Assembly (NCBI GenBank): GCA_020348445.1 | Contig: CP070751.1 | Span: forward strand, 1,104,309-1,124,833 | Direction of reading: 5' to 3' | Source of the DNA: Thermoplasmata archaeon | GTDB taxonomy: Archaea > Thermoplasmatota > Thermoplasmata > GCA-020350865 | Length of the DNA: 20,525 bases | Part shown: positions 1-8,246 of the stretch, piece by piece | Layout of the letters: the number at the start of each line of letters is the position of its first letter | How positions within the stretch are numbered: the first letter of the stretch is position 1 | The notes under the pieces: generated by a model | Told to the model about the DNA's origin: nothing | What the model saw: only the letters and a program-made list of their open reading frames with translations | Databases searched by the model: none | Program-made: the position numbers and the translations under genes

Positions 1-828
1 GAAAGGATCGCTGTTTATCAACTGATTCGACCATGGCCAGGTGTTTCCCCCGTCCAAGGATCTGTTTAAGTGAACATCGTAAACACTTCCCTCTCTTCTG
101 CCATCTGCCCAGGAAACATATACATTGCCTTGGGCTGCCGTTATGGATGGTGTGGTGATATTACCGGGAAGGTCAAAGTCTGTCAATCGAGTATTGGGTG
201 ACCAGTTTTCACCGTGATTTGCGGATTTTGAGAAGAAGATATCCGCATTTGGATTATTTCTGAAATCGAGCCAGGCTACGTACACATTGGTGCCGTCAGT
301 TGCCACATCCGGACCATATCTAAATTCGGCAAATTCATCATTTATCGGATTATTTATGGGTTCGATCCACAAATTGCCTCCATCTTCAGACCTGGCAAAG
401 TAGATGTCGCTACCAATTCGAGGGTCAGACCAAACAACATAGATGAATCCATTGGATGGATTCCAAGCGATGGATGGATCACCTTGCCAATTACCAAGTG
501 CATCTTGGTTTATCCTTCTTTGGCCCGTGAATGATTTTCCTCCATCCATGGACTTTGAGAAGTATACATCGTTACCTCCATTTCTTCCATCCAGCCATAC
601 CACATAGATTTCTCCTGAGGTTGCGTTCCAAGCGATATCGCAGTTGGTCTCCCATGACGTATCTGAACTGTCATCGTTTATTCTGGTATGCGGGGTTCTG
701 AATGTTTCTGCGATCACTGGTCTGAGAACGCACAAGATAAGAACTATGGTAGTAAATATTGTGAGTGGGATTTTAGGAATCTTCATATTGTGTAATTCTA
801 TTATGGAATTCTTCAATATGAACCGCAT
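1..828 (-). CDS. Secreted Asp-box/BNR-repeat (sialidase-like beta-propeller) protein, 3' end beyond the window edge
   Basis: Not in the ORF track; translated by hand. The frame is open from 918 to base 1. ATG at 828 follows GGGGGAG (alternative ATG at 786). Hydrophobic leader IPLTIFTTIVLILCVL. Asp-boxes SKSMDGGKSF, ARSEDGGNLW, SKSANHGENW, NRSLDGGNTW. Confidence 0.9.
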   Translation of the reverse strand, partial: MRFILKNSIIELHNMKIPKIPLTIFTTIVLILCVLRPVIAETFRTPHTRINDDSSDTSWETNCDIAWNATSGEIYVVWLDGRNGGNDVYFSKSMDGGKSFTGQRRINQDALGNWQGDPSIAWNPSNGFIYVVWSDPRIGSDIYFARSEDGGNLWIEPINNPINDEFAEFRYGPDVATDGTNVYVAWLDFRNNPNADIFFSKSANHGENWSPNTRLTDFDLPGNITTPSITAAQGNVYVSWADGRREGSVYDVHLNRSLDGGNTWPWSNQLINSDPF

Positions 829-1007
829 CACTTCTCCCCCAGTGTATCTTTTTACAATTATGGCAATTCTATTATTTAATGGTTTTAGAACCCTTTTTTG
901 GGATGTGGAGTCCCATAATTACTGACCATCCTTGAAATCTACTGTTAATAGGGTGAGGCAGATGTAACCTTAACTTAACAAACACCTGCAAACATTTGTT
1001 AAGTTCA

Positions 1008-1046
1008 CATGCTATTTTCGTGCGATATCTCACGGATTTGGCATGC
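1008..1046 (+). repeat. Repeat family B (interrupted palindrome), junction-type copy
   Basis: 1009-1046 ATGCTATTTTCGTGCGATATCTCACGGATTTGGCATGC matches 19559-19596 at 37/38 nt. Confidence 0.9.
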
Positions 1047-1127
1047 GTCGTATACTTGGAATTTGTTGCTATCGGAGGCATTGCATCTGCACAATAATGC
1101 AATTTTCAATTACTAATTTTTATTTTA

Positions 1128-1157
1128 CGGGATTATAAAGGTGAAATCTTTTGTGAA
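1128..1157 (+). repeat. Repeat family A (bulged hairpin) copy
   Basis: CGGGATTA-TAAAGGT-GAA-ATCTTTT-G-TGAA, preceded by the AT-rich linker AATTACTAATTTTTATTTT; the same linker type precedes the copies at 17002 and 19950. Confidence 0.8.
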
Positions 1158-1210
1158 AATACAGAGCATATTATCTATTCTAAATTGGTCATCTCATTTA
1201 TGAATAGCGC

Positions 1211-1226
1211 CAGACAAATTTATATA
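1211..1226 (+). promoter_or_regulatory. Archaeal BRE/TATA promoter, probably for the 1399 gene
   Basis: cagacaaaTTTATATA; TTTATATA at 1219-1226. Confidence 0.6.
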
Positions 1227-1398
1227 TCATCCTTTATATTTCCTATCTAACAACTTAGGAGAGAGTATAGGTGGAAGAAGCGGGGGGAGTGGTGAAATTC
1301 CAAAAGTAAGATAAATTGTGAGGGTGAATCTTACTGCTTCTTTTATTGGCTCTTTTCAGGGGGAATATAATAATACATATATAGGGGGGATAAAAGAT

Positions 1399-3111
1399 AT
1401 GAAAAACATCAGTAGAATATGTGTCCTTGTTGTGTTGGGATTTTTCGTGAGTATGAACTTTATCCCGGCTGTTCATGTGGGAGCTGTTCCGCCTCCTTCT
1501 CCGAGCCTTTTCGAGATTCCAGGGCCTATGACCTATCAGGCCTCGGCGCACCCGTTCGGACCTGCAAATGAGGTCCATGTGGCTGTGAACCCATTGGACG
1601 ACGACCACCTCTTGGTGGTGGCAAAGGACTACAGCCTTGGCGATTGTGATTTCAGTACCCCCTCAGGAAGTGGATTTCATGTGGGAAGCGCATCATATGT
1701 GACAAAAGACGGTGGATTGACCTGGACTAGATCCCGCGTGCCAATGCCATATCCCTTTGTGGGCCCCATTGTAGGGCTCCCCTATGCATGCGGCTCCGAT
1801 CCCGTGGCCTTGTTCGGCCCAGATGGAACGGCATATTACGTCGTTTTGAATTTTGATTATCAGGGCCCAAATCTAGGAAGAAGGGCGGCCATTGCCGTGG
1901 CCCGATCACCGGATGGAGGAGAAACATGGCCAGGATCCGAGATACGGATTGTCGAAGACTCGCCTGTGGTGGACAAAGAGTGGGGAGCCGTGGATGATGA
2001 AGGCCGTTTGCACATCGTGTGGTCCGACCACACGACGAACACGATCTGGTACAGGCGTTCCAATACAGCCTTTGAGTTCACCGAACCGGCAATCAATATG
2101 GGATCAGGCCTTCCGGGGGCACAGGTGGACTGCGGAACTGATGACGAGGTGTATGTCTTTTGGCGATCCGGAAACAATATCAGGTTCAGAAGAAGCACCA
2201 ATGAAGGAGCCGATTTTGAACCCATGACTACGCCTTTCATCATCGATCGCTATCACGCCCCCTATGATACTCCACGGATCTGGTGCCTGCCATCCATAGT
2301 GGTGGACGATAAACCTGATTCTGATTACACGGGAAGGATATATCTCGCATGGCAGGATGAGGATGGTCTTGCGTACTCGAACATCTGGATGCGATACTCA
2401 GATAACGAAGGAGATACCTGGAGCGCAGCCGTTTTGGTGGACGAGAATGATGACCCTGCTCTTCGCTCGATATTTCCATCTATGTCCCTCAGTAGGAATG
2501 GGCGCGTGGACATCGCATGGATGCAGGAGGGACCCGATGCAAACGTTTTCAATGCTTATGCTGCTCGTTCTTTTGATGGTGGCTTTACATGGTCGCAGTA
2601 CGGCGCGGTCTCGGATAGACCAGTGATTGCTGAGTTCTCCTTTCATCAGAGCGGCAGCTACTTCATCGGCGACTACATTGGATCTGCATCTACCAACTGT
2701 AGAATCTGGGTCGCCCACCCCCAGACCCATGGCATCAACCCGCCGAGTAAAATCATCCGTACCGATGCCTACCTCACCAAGGTCTCCACCTGTTGGAAGA
2801 TCGATATCGCCGTAAATAAGTTAGGGATCTTGATCTCTGAAATAGAGGATCACATCAGAGGCCCGATTGGGCCTTGGCCGCCTTGTCCCCCCGTAGATTG
2901 CCCCTTAAATCCCGGCCAAGGAAATTCGCTGATCACGAAGCTAGAGGTGGCAACCAATAAGCTGAGCCAATTGAATGTCAAGGCAGCAAGCGGCGTCCTT
3001 AAAGCATTCTACAACGAGGTCAAGGCACTGATGAAGGCATCTGTTATTCCGCCTGACCTGGGACGATCCTGGGACGATTCGGCAACCGAAATCAGGAACC
3101 TGCTCGTTTGA
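1399..3111 (+). CDS. Secreted Asp-box/BNR-repeat (exo-alpha-sialidase-like) propeller protein with C-terminal FIMAH-like helical domain, 570 aa
   Basis: Start moved from 1318 to ATG 1399 (GGGGGGA upstream; signal peptide MKNISRICVLVVLGFFVSM). Asp-boxes TKDGGLTW, SPDGGETW, STNEGADF, SDNEGDTW, SFDGGFTW. C-terminus GQGNSLITKLEVA...LKAFYNEVKA resembles FIMAH domains. Confidence 0.88.
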   Translation: MKNISRICVLVVLGFFVSMNFIPAVHVGAVPPPSPSLFEIPGPMTYQASAHPFGPANEVHVAVNPLDDDHLLVVAKDYSLGDCDFSTPSGSGFHVGSASYVTKDGGLTWTRSRVPMPYPFVGPIVGLPYACGSDPVALFGPDGTAYYVVLNFDYQGPNLGRRAAIAVARSPDGGETWPGSEIRIVEDSPVVDKEWGAVDDEGRLHIVWSDHTTNTIWYRRSNTAFEFTEPAINMGSGLPGAQVDCGTDDEVYVFWRSGNNIRFRRSTNEGADFEPMTTPFIIDRYHAPYDTPRIWCLPSIVVDDKPDSDYTGRIYLAWQDEDGLAYSNIWMRYSDNEGDTWSAAVLVDENDDPALRSIFPSMSLSRNGRVDIAWMQEGPDANVFNAYAARSFDGGFTWSQYGAVSDRPVIAEFSFHQSGSYFIGDYIGSASTNCRIWVAHPQTHGINPPSKIIRTDAYLTKVSTCWKIDIAVNKLGILISEIEDHIRGPIGPWPPCPPVDCPLNPGQGNSLITKLEVATNKLSQLNVKAASGVLKAFYNEVKALMKASVIPPDLGRSWDDSATEIRNLLV

Positions 3112-3286
3112 CGCACAGATTCCGCGGGGGACCGAGGATGTTCTAATAGTTATATGTACTAAAGTCAGAACATCCCCTTTCTCCTCGTGTTATGTTCTTA
3201 TGAACTTGGGACTTAAGCACGAGGAGGCCAGTGAGTGGAGGTGCGGGGATTTTCCGGGGATTTTTGTGGTGGGTGGGGTTTTTAAG

Positions 3287-3316
3287 TGGGATTAGAGGGG
3301 TGAAACCCTTCGTGAA
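3287..3316 (+). repeat. Repeat family A copy
   Basis: TGGGATTA-GAGGGGT-GAA-ACCCTTC-G-TGAA. Confidence 0.9.
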
Positions 3317-3391
3317 ATGAATAGTAGTTGGATTTTTAGTTTTATTCTCTAGTGTTCACTGATTTCGTCATTTAGATTGCGAAATATGTAG

Positions 3392-3407
3392 GATAAATTA
3401 TATATAT
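3392..3407 (+). promoter_or_regulatory. Archaeal BRE/TATA promoter upstream of the leader of the 3569 gene
   Basis: gataaaTTATATATAT, about 160 nt upstream of ATG 3569. Confidence 0.6.
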
Positions 3408-3460
3408 CGCAAATACTATTGCGTTATTAAGAAATTTGGAGGAAAGTAAAGTGCACAAAA

Positions 3461-3568
3461 AGCGCCGAGGTGGGGCGCGATAACATCCTTGGAAGGAAAG
3501 GAGGGTAATTCTCTCTTCTTAAAAAATACCAATGGTCTCTTGATCTCAGAGAGTGGAGGTGATAATTA
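3461..3568 (+). promoter_or_regulatory. Conserved 5' leader element (family C), copy 1
   Basis: AGCGCCGAGGTGGGGCGCGATAACA (3461-3485), AAATACCAAT (3524-3533), SD GGAGGTGA. 23/25 identical to each of the other two copies. Confidence 0.85.
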
Positions 3569-4102
3569 ATGAGAAAAATGTTAGTTGTTGGAATATTTTT
3601 GGTACTTGCTGCAATGGTATTTGTAGGACCGGCAAACGCTGGTTCACAGGTCCCCTTCGAGGGTAAATTCGACGGCGGGAATGTCCCGGCTGTGGACCCC
3701 TTGGAGCGAGTTGTGGTGTCCGGACAAGCAAATCAGCTGGGGAAGTACACCGCGGTAATTGATGTCAATATGGCTATCTATGAAATCATTGGCTGGGTGG
3801 AAGTCGCGCCTGGCGTATTTTTCCCCATCCTTCGACTACCCACCACGGTGACATTCACTGCGGCGAACGGTGATGAGCTGTATGCAGACATGGACCTCAT
3901 CGGTATGCGCCATATGGTAGACGGGAACTTCCCATCCTTCACGCTGGATGGAACGATTACGGGCGGGACTGGTCGTTTCGCTGGTGCCACGGGATCCTTC
4001 TCGGGCTCTGGAGGCCAGATCACGATGCCCGGTGATGACACCGATCTGGTCAGCGGGACGTTCTTCGACGGGGCGATTTCGACAGTGGGCTCCAACAAGT
4101 AG
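3569..4102 (+). CDS. Secreted hypothetical protein, possible dirigent/allene-oxide-cyclase-like beta-barrel, 177 aa
   Basis: GGAGGTGA SD 6 nt before the ATG; signal peptide MRKMLVVGIFLVLAAMVFVGPANA; motif ITGGTGRFAGATG. Fold assignment is tentative. Confidence 0.8.
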   Translation: MRKMLVVGIFLVLAAMVFVGPANAGSQVPFEGKFDGGNVPAVDPLERVVVSGQANQLGKYTAVIDVNMAIYEIIGWVEVAPGVFFPILRLPTTVTFTAANGDELYADMDLIGMRHMVDGNFPSFTLDGTITGGTGRFAGATGSFSGSGGQITMPGDDTDLVSGTFFDGAISTVGSNK

Positions 4103-4180
4103 TAGCCCTGCTGTGCCAAGATCGGTGAGACACCGACCCTACTGTTGCGCAGTGGATAATGATAGTATCTAGGAAATTAG

Positions 4181-4217
4181 GGATAGACACCAGTCTATCC
4201 TATTCTTTTCTTTTTTT
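4181..4217 (+). terminator. Hairpin plus oligo-T terminator of the 3569 gene
   Basis: GGATAGAC-ACCA-GTCTATCC (perfect 8-bp stem) followed by TATTCTTTTCTTTTTTT. Confidence 0.6.
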
Positions 4218-4283
4218 GGTGTTTGTGTGGTATGGTGTACAATACTATGAATAAAAAAAATTGATGAAAAAATTGTATAATAG

Positions 4284-4373
4284 GTAGCAAAAATAGAGAA
4301 GGATGTCGTCATCGGCAACTATGTTATCATCGGTGTAGACATTTTCGTAAGAGATCGGATCATTGAACAATGA
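4284..4373 (+). pseudogene. Startless remnant of a hexapeptide-repeat (left-handed beta-helix) gene
   Basis: Between stop codons the frame reads VAKIEKDVVIGNYVIIGVDIFVRDRIIEQ*, with I/V at 6-residue periodicity. No start codon or SD. Confidence 0.45.
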
Positions 4374-4494
4374 GCGATTTTTGTGGACTGTCTGGGCCCT
4401 TTGTAAAATGAAAAGTGAGAAATGGAAAACCAAAAATTGACCGTCCGAAAACAATATAATTGAAAAGATATATAACGAGAAATGGAGGCATTTT

Positions 4495-5235
4495 ATGCAA
4501 GGGAATGATGATAGGAAAATGATATTGGCCATTATGATTACAGTAATGGGGATAGTCCTGCTCATGGTATCTTTTATTCTCCCATGGTGGGGACTTCATC
4601 TGGAAATGGATGGATCAGCATCAGGAGGCGGTTTTGGCGTTTCCATTTCAAGTGGGATTTCATATCAGGGAAGCGGGACAGGTTTCTATATCGGTAGCAG
4701 CACCTCAATTGTATATTCTGTTGCAGCCGTGCTGATTATCCTTGCGCTCATTTGCGCCTCATTGATGGTAACTGCCTTAATAATAAGCTTGATCAATAAT
4801 AATATGAAACCCAAATTCCCGCTGCAGTTGGGTGTTTTGGCAATGGTATTTTGTCTTCTGGCCCCTATAATATTCATGATTGCATTACCTATGTCAATGA
4901 AAGCCGATGCAGAAAAAGAAGCTGAAGATAGTGGCAATGAATATGTCGAACCAGATCGTGATGATCCCACTAAATCTTTCTTTGGAAGCTATGAAGAGGA
5001 GGGAGTTTTTCACACTGGTACAACTAAAAGTAATTGGGGCGGTGATATAGGCTGGGTTCTTTCATTCATTTCATTTTTATTTTTAGCTATTTCCGTTAAT
5101 TTGATAAGACCGAGAAAAGCAGCACCTCCTATTGCACAGGTAGCCCCACCAGAGGGAATCTATGTACCTGAACCTCAGCCACCACATCAAATACGATACA
5201 GTCAACCACCCCCTCCTCCACCACCCTCAAAATAA
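4495..5235 (+). CDS. Four-TM membrane protein with proline-rich C-terminal tail, 246 aa
   Basis: GGAGG SD at 4484-4488; four hydrophobic segments, the first ending LPWW; tail ends QPPPPPPPSK. Confidence 0.85.
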   Translation: MQGNDDRKMILAIMITVMGIVLLMVSFILPWWGLHLEMDGSASGGGFGVSISSGISYQGSGTGFYIGSSTSIVYSVAAVLIILALICASLMVTALIISLINNNMKPKFPLQLGVLAMVFCLLAPIIFMIALPMSMKADAEKEAEDSGNEYVEPDRDDPTKSFFGSYEEEGVFHTGTTKSNWGGDIGWVLSFISFLFLAISVNLIRPRKAAPPIAQVAPPEGIYVPEPQPPHQIRYSQPPPPPPPSK

Positions 5236-5262
5236 TGTGATTTTTGATAGCTTAATTTGTAA

Positions 5263-5292
5263 CGGAATTAAAAGGGCGAAAGCCTTCGTGAA
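5263..5292 (+). repeat. Repeat family A copy between convergent genes
   Basis: CGGAATTA-AAAGGGC-GAA-AGCCTTC-G-TGAA. Confidence 0.85.
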
Positions 5293-5345
5293 TCTAATAA
5301 ATGAAATAAAAAAAAGAAGAAGATTTGTGATTTGCTTTTCACTCA

Positions 5346-6299
5346 CTATGGGTTTATAACACGTATGGTGTCGCTCCCTTCAAATATTGTACCATCAAAA
5401 AGTTCTCCCGAGACTGTTATGGTTGCATCTCCTGGAACGCATGCATCCTGAACATTGGGTCTGTCAAATTTGACCATAAGATAAGTCTCACCCACACCAA
5501 CGGGATGAACTTCCGCAGATATACTCACAGGATTGCCGTTTATGTCCGTGATGGCAACTGTGGAAACATCTATATCCTCCACCTCGGCGTCCAGGTAAAG
5601 ATGAGTTATCGTGACAGGTTGTGCCATGTCCAGCGAAATCTCGGATCCATCGCTGTCCACATAGACCCAGCTTGTCATGGGGTGTGAACCAGCAAAAGTG
5701 GGATCAATTGAAAATGACCACCCTGTATCTGTTGGAATGTCCCCGATAACACCACCGTCCGTGTTGTAACCATAACCCCATGTACCCTCCACAGGACGTG
5801 TAACATCGAATTCTGCAAGATTGTCATCTGATTGTGCTGTGGTCACACCGGCCGGCAATCCATCGAAATCGAAGCGAACAGTGGCAGATGGTGAGCCTAC
5901 ATGTGGTGGGGTATTGGAATCTATGTTGTGGTGTACGAAGAAGCTCAGCTCCCCGGTCAATGTGTTTGTGTAAAGGTACAGCTTGCTAACATAGGGCTCC
6001 ACAAACTCGGTGTGGGCACTGGCACTCCAGTAGTCATAGTATACTGCATCGTTTTCTGCCCTCTCCACAGGTGATACGGTATGTGTGACTCCCCCTTGTG
6101 TTACTGTATACGCGTCTATGAAAGGCAGCTCGATCTCGCATGTGACCCATTTTCCATTGCTCTTCAGATTAAGAGTTTCGGGATGGATATTTACTCTGCC
6201 CGGGGCAATATAGGTAGGTGCGCATGCGTTCTGCGGAACAGAAGCCAGAACTAGAAGGGCGAATACCACGGCAGCAAGAATTGCTATTTTTTTTCTCAT
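5346..6299 (-). CDS. Secreted protein with a split 'TLNLKS-G-W' domain enclosing a ~177-aa passenger, 317 aa
   Basis: GGAGGTGA SD; signal peptide MRKKIAILAAVVFALLVLA. aa36-59 VNIHPETLNLKSNGKWVTCEIELP and aa237-317 ...LMVKFDR...GELFDGTIFEGSDTIRVINP align to the contiguous C-terminal domain of 8247..9794. Confidence 0.88.
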   Translation of the reverse strand: MRKKIAILAAVVFALLVLASVPQNACAPTYIAPGRVNIHPETLNLKSNGKWVTCEIELPFIDAYTVTQGGVTHTVSPVERAENDAVYYDYWSASAHTEFVEPYVSKLYLYTNTLTGELSFFVHHNIDSNTPPHVGSPSATVRFDFDGLPAGVTTAQSDDNLAEFDVTRPVEGTWGYGYNTDGGVIGDIPTDTGWSFSIDPTFAGSHPMTSWVYVDSDGSEISLDMAQPVTITHLYLDAEVEDIDVSTVAITDINGNPVSISAEVHPVGVGETYLMVKFDRPNVQDACVPGDATITVSGELFDGTIFEGSDTIRVINP

Positions 6300-6400
6300 T
6301 TCCTATCACCTCCCCCTATCATAATAGGCCTATTGGTATTTAGAGAAAAGAAGATACACACCCTCTCCTCCCTCCTGTCATTGCGCCCCACCTCGGCGCT
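6300..6400 (-). promoter_or_regulatory. Conserved 5' leader element (family C), copy 2
   Basis: Minus strand AGCGCCGAGGTGGGGCGCAATGACAGGAGGGAGGA (6400-6366), 33/35 identical to copy 3; AAATACCAAT at 6341-6332. Confidence 0.85.
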
Positions 6401-6687
6401 CCTTCGCAGCGCCTTGCCACAAAATAAAATTGTAATCGCCTCGTTCTTATTTTGTAGGCTCGTGCGCTCCTCCCTCTGATCTATCCCTCTGAGGGGATAG
6501 TAAATCAACTTGCTGACATAAATAATTATTGTTTAATTTAGTAAAAAATTGATTTCTCGCCAGATTGGTTGGTTTTTGGGGGGTGGGACCTTCGGGAAAT
6601 GTTGTATAAAGAGATCTCAATTGCTAAATTCTTATCGGGGTTAGCATGGTGACTTTTGGTCTCCATTATAAGTGGGAAATATCATTT

Positions 6688-6716
6688 CCCCTGTAGAAGG
6701 GTAAGGTCCTTTAAGA
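6688..6716 (+). repeat. Repeat family A, degenerate copy
   Basis: CCCCTGTA-GAAGGGT-AAG-GTCCTTT-AAGA; bulged G missing; head resembles the 10379 copy. A degenerate head CGGGGTTAG lies at 6636. Confidence 0.6.
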
Positions 6717-6801
6717 AAATATAAAAGAAATCAACATAATCACCTTTCTCACAACTTTTAAATATTATCCCAATAATTACAAATCTGCGGGGTTAAAGAT
6801 A

Positions 6802-7299
6802 ATGAAGAAAACCCAAAAGATCACAATCGCGATCTTGATACTGATTATCATTGCTGTATCTGGCTGTACGGCGCCAGTGATCAAAAAGAATATCTATTAT
6901 CGGGCTTGCTATAGAACTGTATTCGATTTGGCCAAGATCGAAAGTATTCTCACAAATAATAATATCACAATTCAGTGCGAGAACGAGAATATCTTTTTCA
7001 ATTGGGAAGAAGGCATAAATGATTATTCGGTAGAAGCTACTGAAGGAGTAATATATAAGTACGGTGGCTCACGCGACGATGAATCCGGGGAGTATTCAGA
7101 ATTGATATTATCCTTGGATGCTGTTGCTTACCCCGGGGTTGACAAAGATGATAATTATAAAGAAAAACTGGACCAAAGGAAATCCATGCTTGAGGATTCT
7201 ATGGAATACTTGACATCACTGATAAATAATTCAACCGGTGACTGGCCAGAATCCAAGGAGTTTGAATACGGTGATGTAAAGGAAGGAGGTTTTTGGTAA
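6802..7299 (+). CDS. Putative lipoprotein, 165 aa
   Basis: MKKTQK + hydrophobic stretch + lipobox-like AVSGC; TTTTAAAT TATA candidate at 6756-6763. Confidence 0.82.
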   Translation: MKKTQKITIAILILIIIAVSGCTAPVIKKNIYYRACYRTVFDLAKIESILTNNNITIQCENENIFFNWEEGINDYSVEATEGVIYKYGGSRDDESGEYSELILSLDAVAYPGVDKDDNYKEKLDQRKSMLEDSMEYLTSLINNSTGDWPESKEFEYGDVKEGGFW

Positions 7300-7320
7300 T
7301 TATATTGTAAATCTGCTTTA

Positions 7321-7354
7321 TCCATCGCACGGATTTGGCATACCATTTTGATGG
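7321..7354 (+). repeat. Repeat family B copy with a 5-nt deletion in the right arm, between convergent genes
   Basis: TCCATCGCACG-GATT-TGGCATACCA-TTTT-GATGG. Confidence 0.85.
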
Positions 7355-7378
7355 TATAATACTTGCATCAAATGAAGG

Positions 7379-7861
7379 CTAAAGCGAAATCTGCGCCGCA
7401 AACTCCTCTACCTTCTCCTGCCAGCCTTCTTTCAGTGGCCCCTTCATAGTCTCTGCCAAGACATAGAACTTCTTGTCAGCAACCTTCACCAGTCCCTTTC
7501 CCTTCAGGACCTCGTCCATGATGGGTATGGTCTTCCTCCATCGGTATATTTCCTCTTCAGTTGGCATCTTCCCGGTCTTTTTATCAGGCACCGCCTCCCC
7601 ATGGGTGGCAAATACGGCATATTTCGTTCCCGGTGACAGGACCACCTTCTTGATGAAACGGCGCATGCTCCCAATGGGCTTGCCGAACCGCGTGGGGGAG
7701 CCGAAGATATACAGATCAGCAGATGGCAGCTTTTTTGGATTCTCCCCCTTGATATGATGCACGTTCACATTGTGGCCTTTGGCCTCCATGACCCGACGCA
7801 GTTCTTCGGCTACCTTTGCTCCGTTCCCGAACTTCGATGCATGATACAACTCCACCCTCAT
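7379..7861 (-). CDS. Flavodoxin-family protein, 160 aa
   Basis: Start moved from 7984 to ATG 7861 (GAGGTGA SD 7 nt upstream). FMN phosphate-loop-like LYHASKFGNGAKVAE; IFGSPTRFG. Confidence 0.88.
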   Translation of the reverse strand: MRVELYHASKFGNGAKVAEELRRVMEAKGHNVNVHHIKGENPKKLPSADLYIFGSPTRFGKPIGSMRRFIKKVVLSPGTKYAVFATHGEAVPDKKTGKMPTEEEIYRWRKTIPIMDEVLKGKGLVKVADKKFYVLAETMKGPLKEGWQEKVEEFAAQISL

Positions 7862-7924
7862 TCTCTCTTCACCTCTTCCCTCTGAGGGGTAATGGTGGAC
7901 AGATTTATGTGTTAAAAAATATTT

Positions 7925-7954
7925 CGGGCTTAGAAGGGTAGAGCCCCTTGTGAA
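7925..7954 (+). repeat. Repeat family A copy between divergent genes
   Basis: CGGGCTTA-GAAGGGT-AGA-GCCCCTT-G-TGAA. Confidence 0.85.
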
Positions 7955-8246
7955 TAAGAATGTGAAAAATGAATAGTGTAGCATGACGAAGTTAAACTCA
8001 ATTTAAAATGAATCTTTCATTAATATTCTGAATATGACCAATCTCGTTTATATTATTGCGGAAGACATAAATATCCAGAACTCGATTCAGGCTCGGATGG
8101 AGGGAGGCTGAAGGGAATGGTGGAATTAGAAGAGGCGAGGGCTCGAATCTCGAAAATCTTGACCATTTCCAGATAGCCCTATCGCCTTTTTTTCGAATAT
8201 TCCCTTTGGCGTATACCTCAAGAAAAATATAAAGGAGGTAAGAGAT

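Noticed and set aside
644-925. 93-aa ORF on the + strand
   Set aside because: Antisense shadow of the real minus-strand BNR gene (1..828), which has clear repeats, an SD and a signal peptide.
1318-1398. N-terminal extensions in the ORF track (also 7862-7984, 10258-10266, 12555-12560, 19191-19202)
   Set aside because: In each case a downstream ATG has a correctly spaced SD and gives a better N-terminus.
1255-2815. Several 60-130-aa alternative-frame or antisense ORFs over the BNR/FIMAH gene
   Set aside because: Nested in a well-supported CDS; no SD or recognisable motifs.
4245-4599. Two minus-strand ORFs (106 and 79 aa)
   Set aside because: They overlap the 4495 gene start and AT-rich intergenic DNA; low-complexity F/I/L/Y composition; no SD.
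6296-6508. 70-aa ORF upstream of the 6299 gene as a real protein
   Set aside because: No SD and no counterpart in the other two leader copies. It simply reads through the leader.
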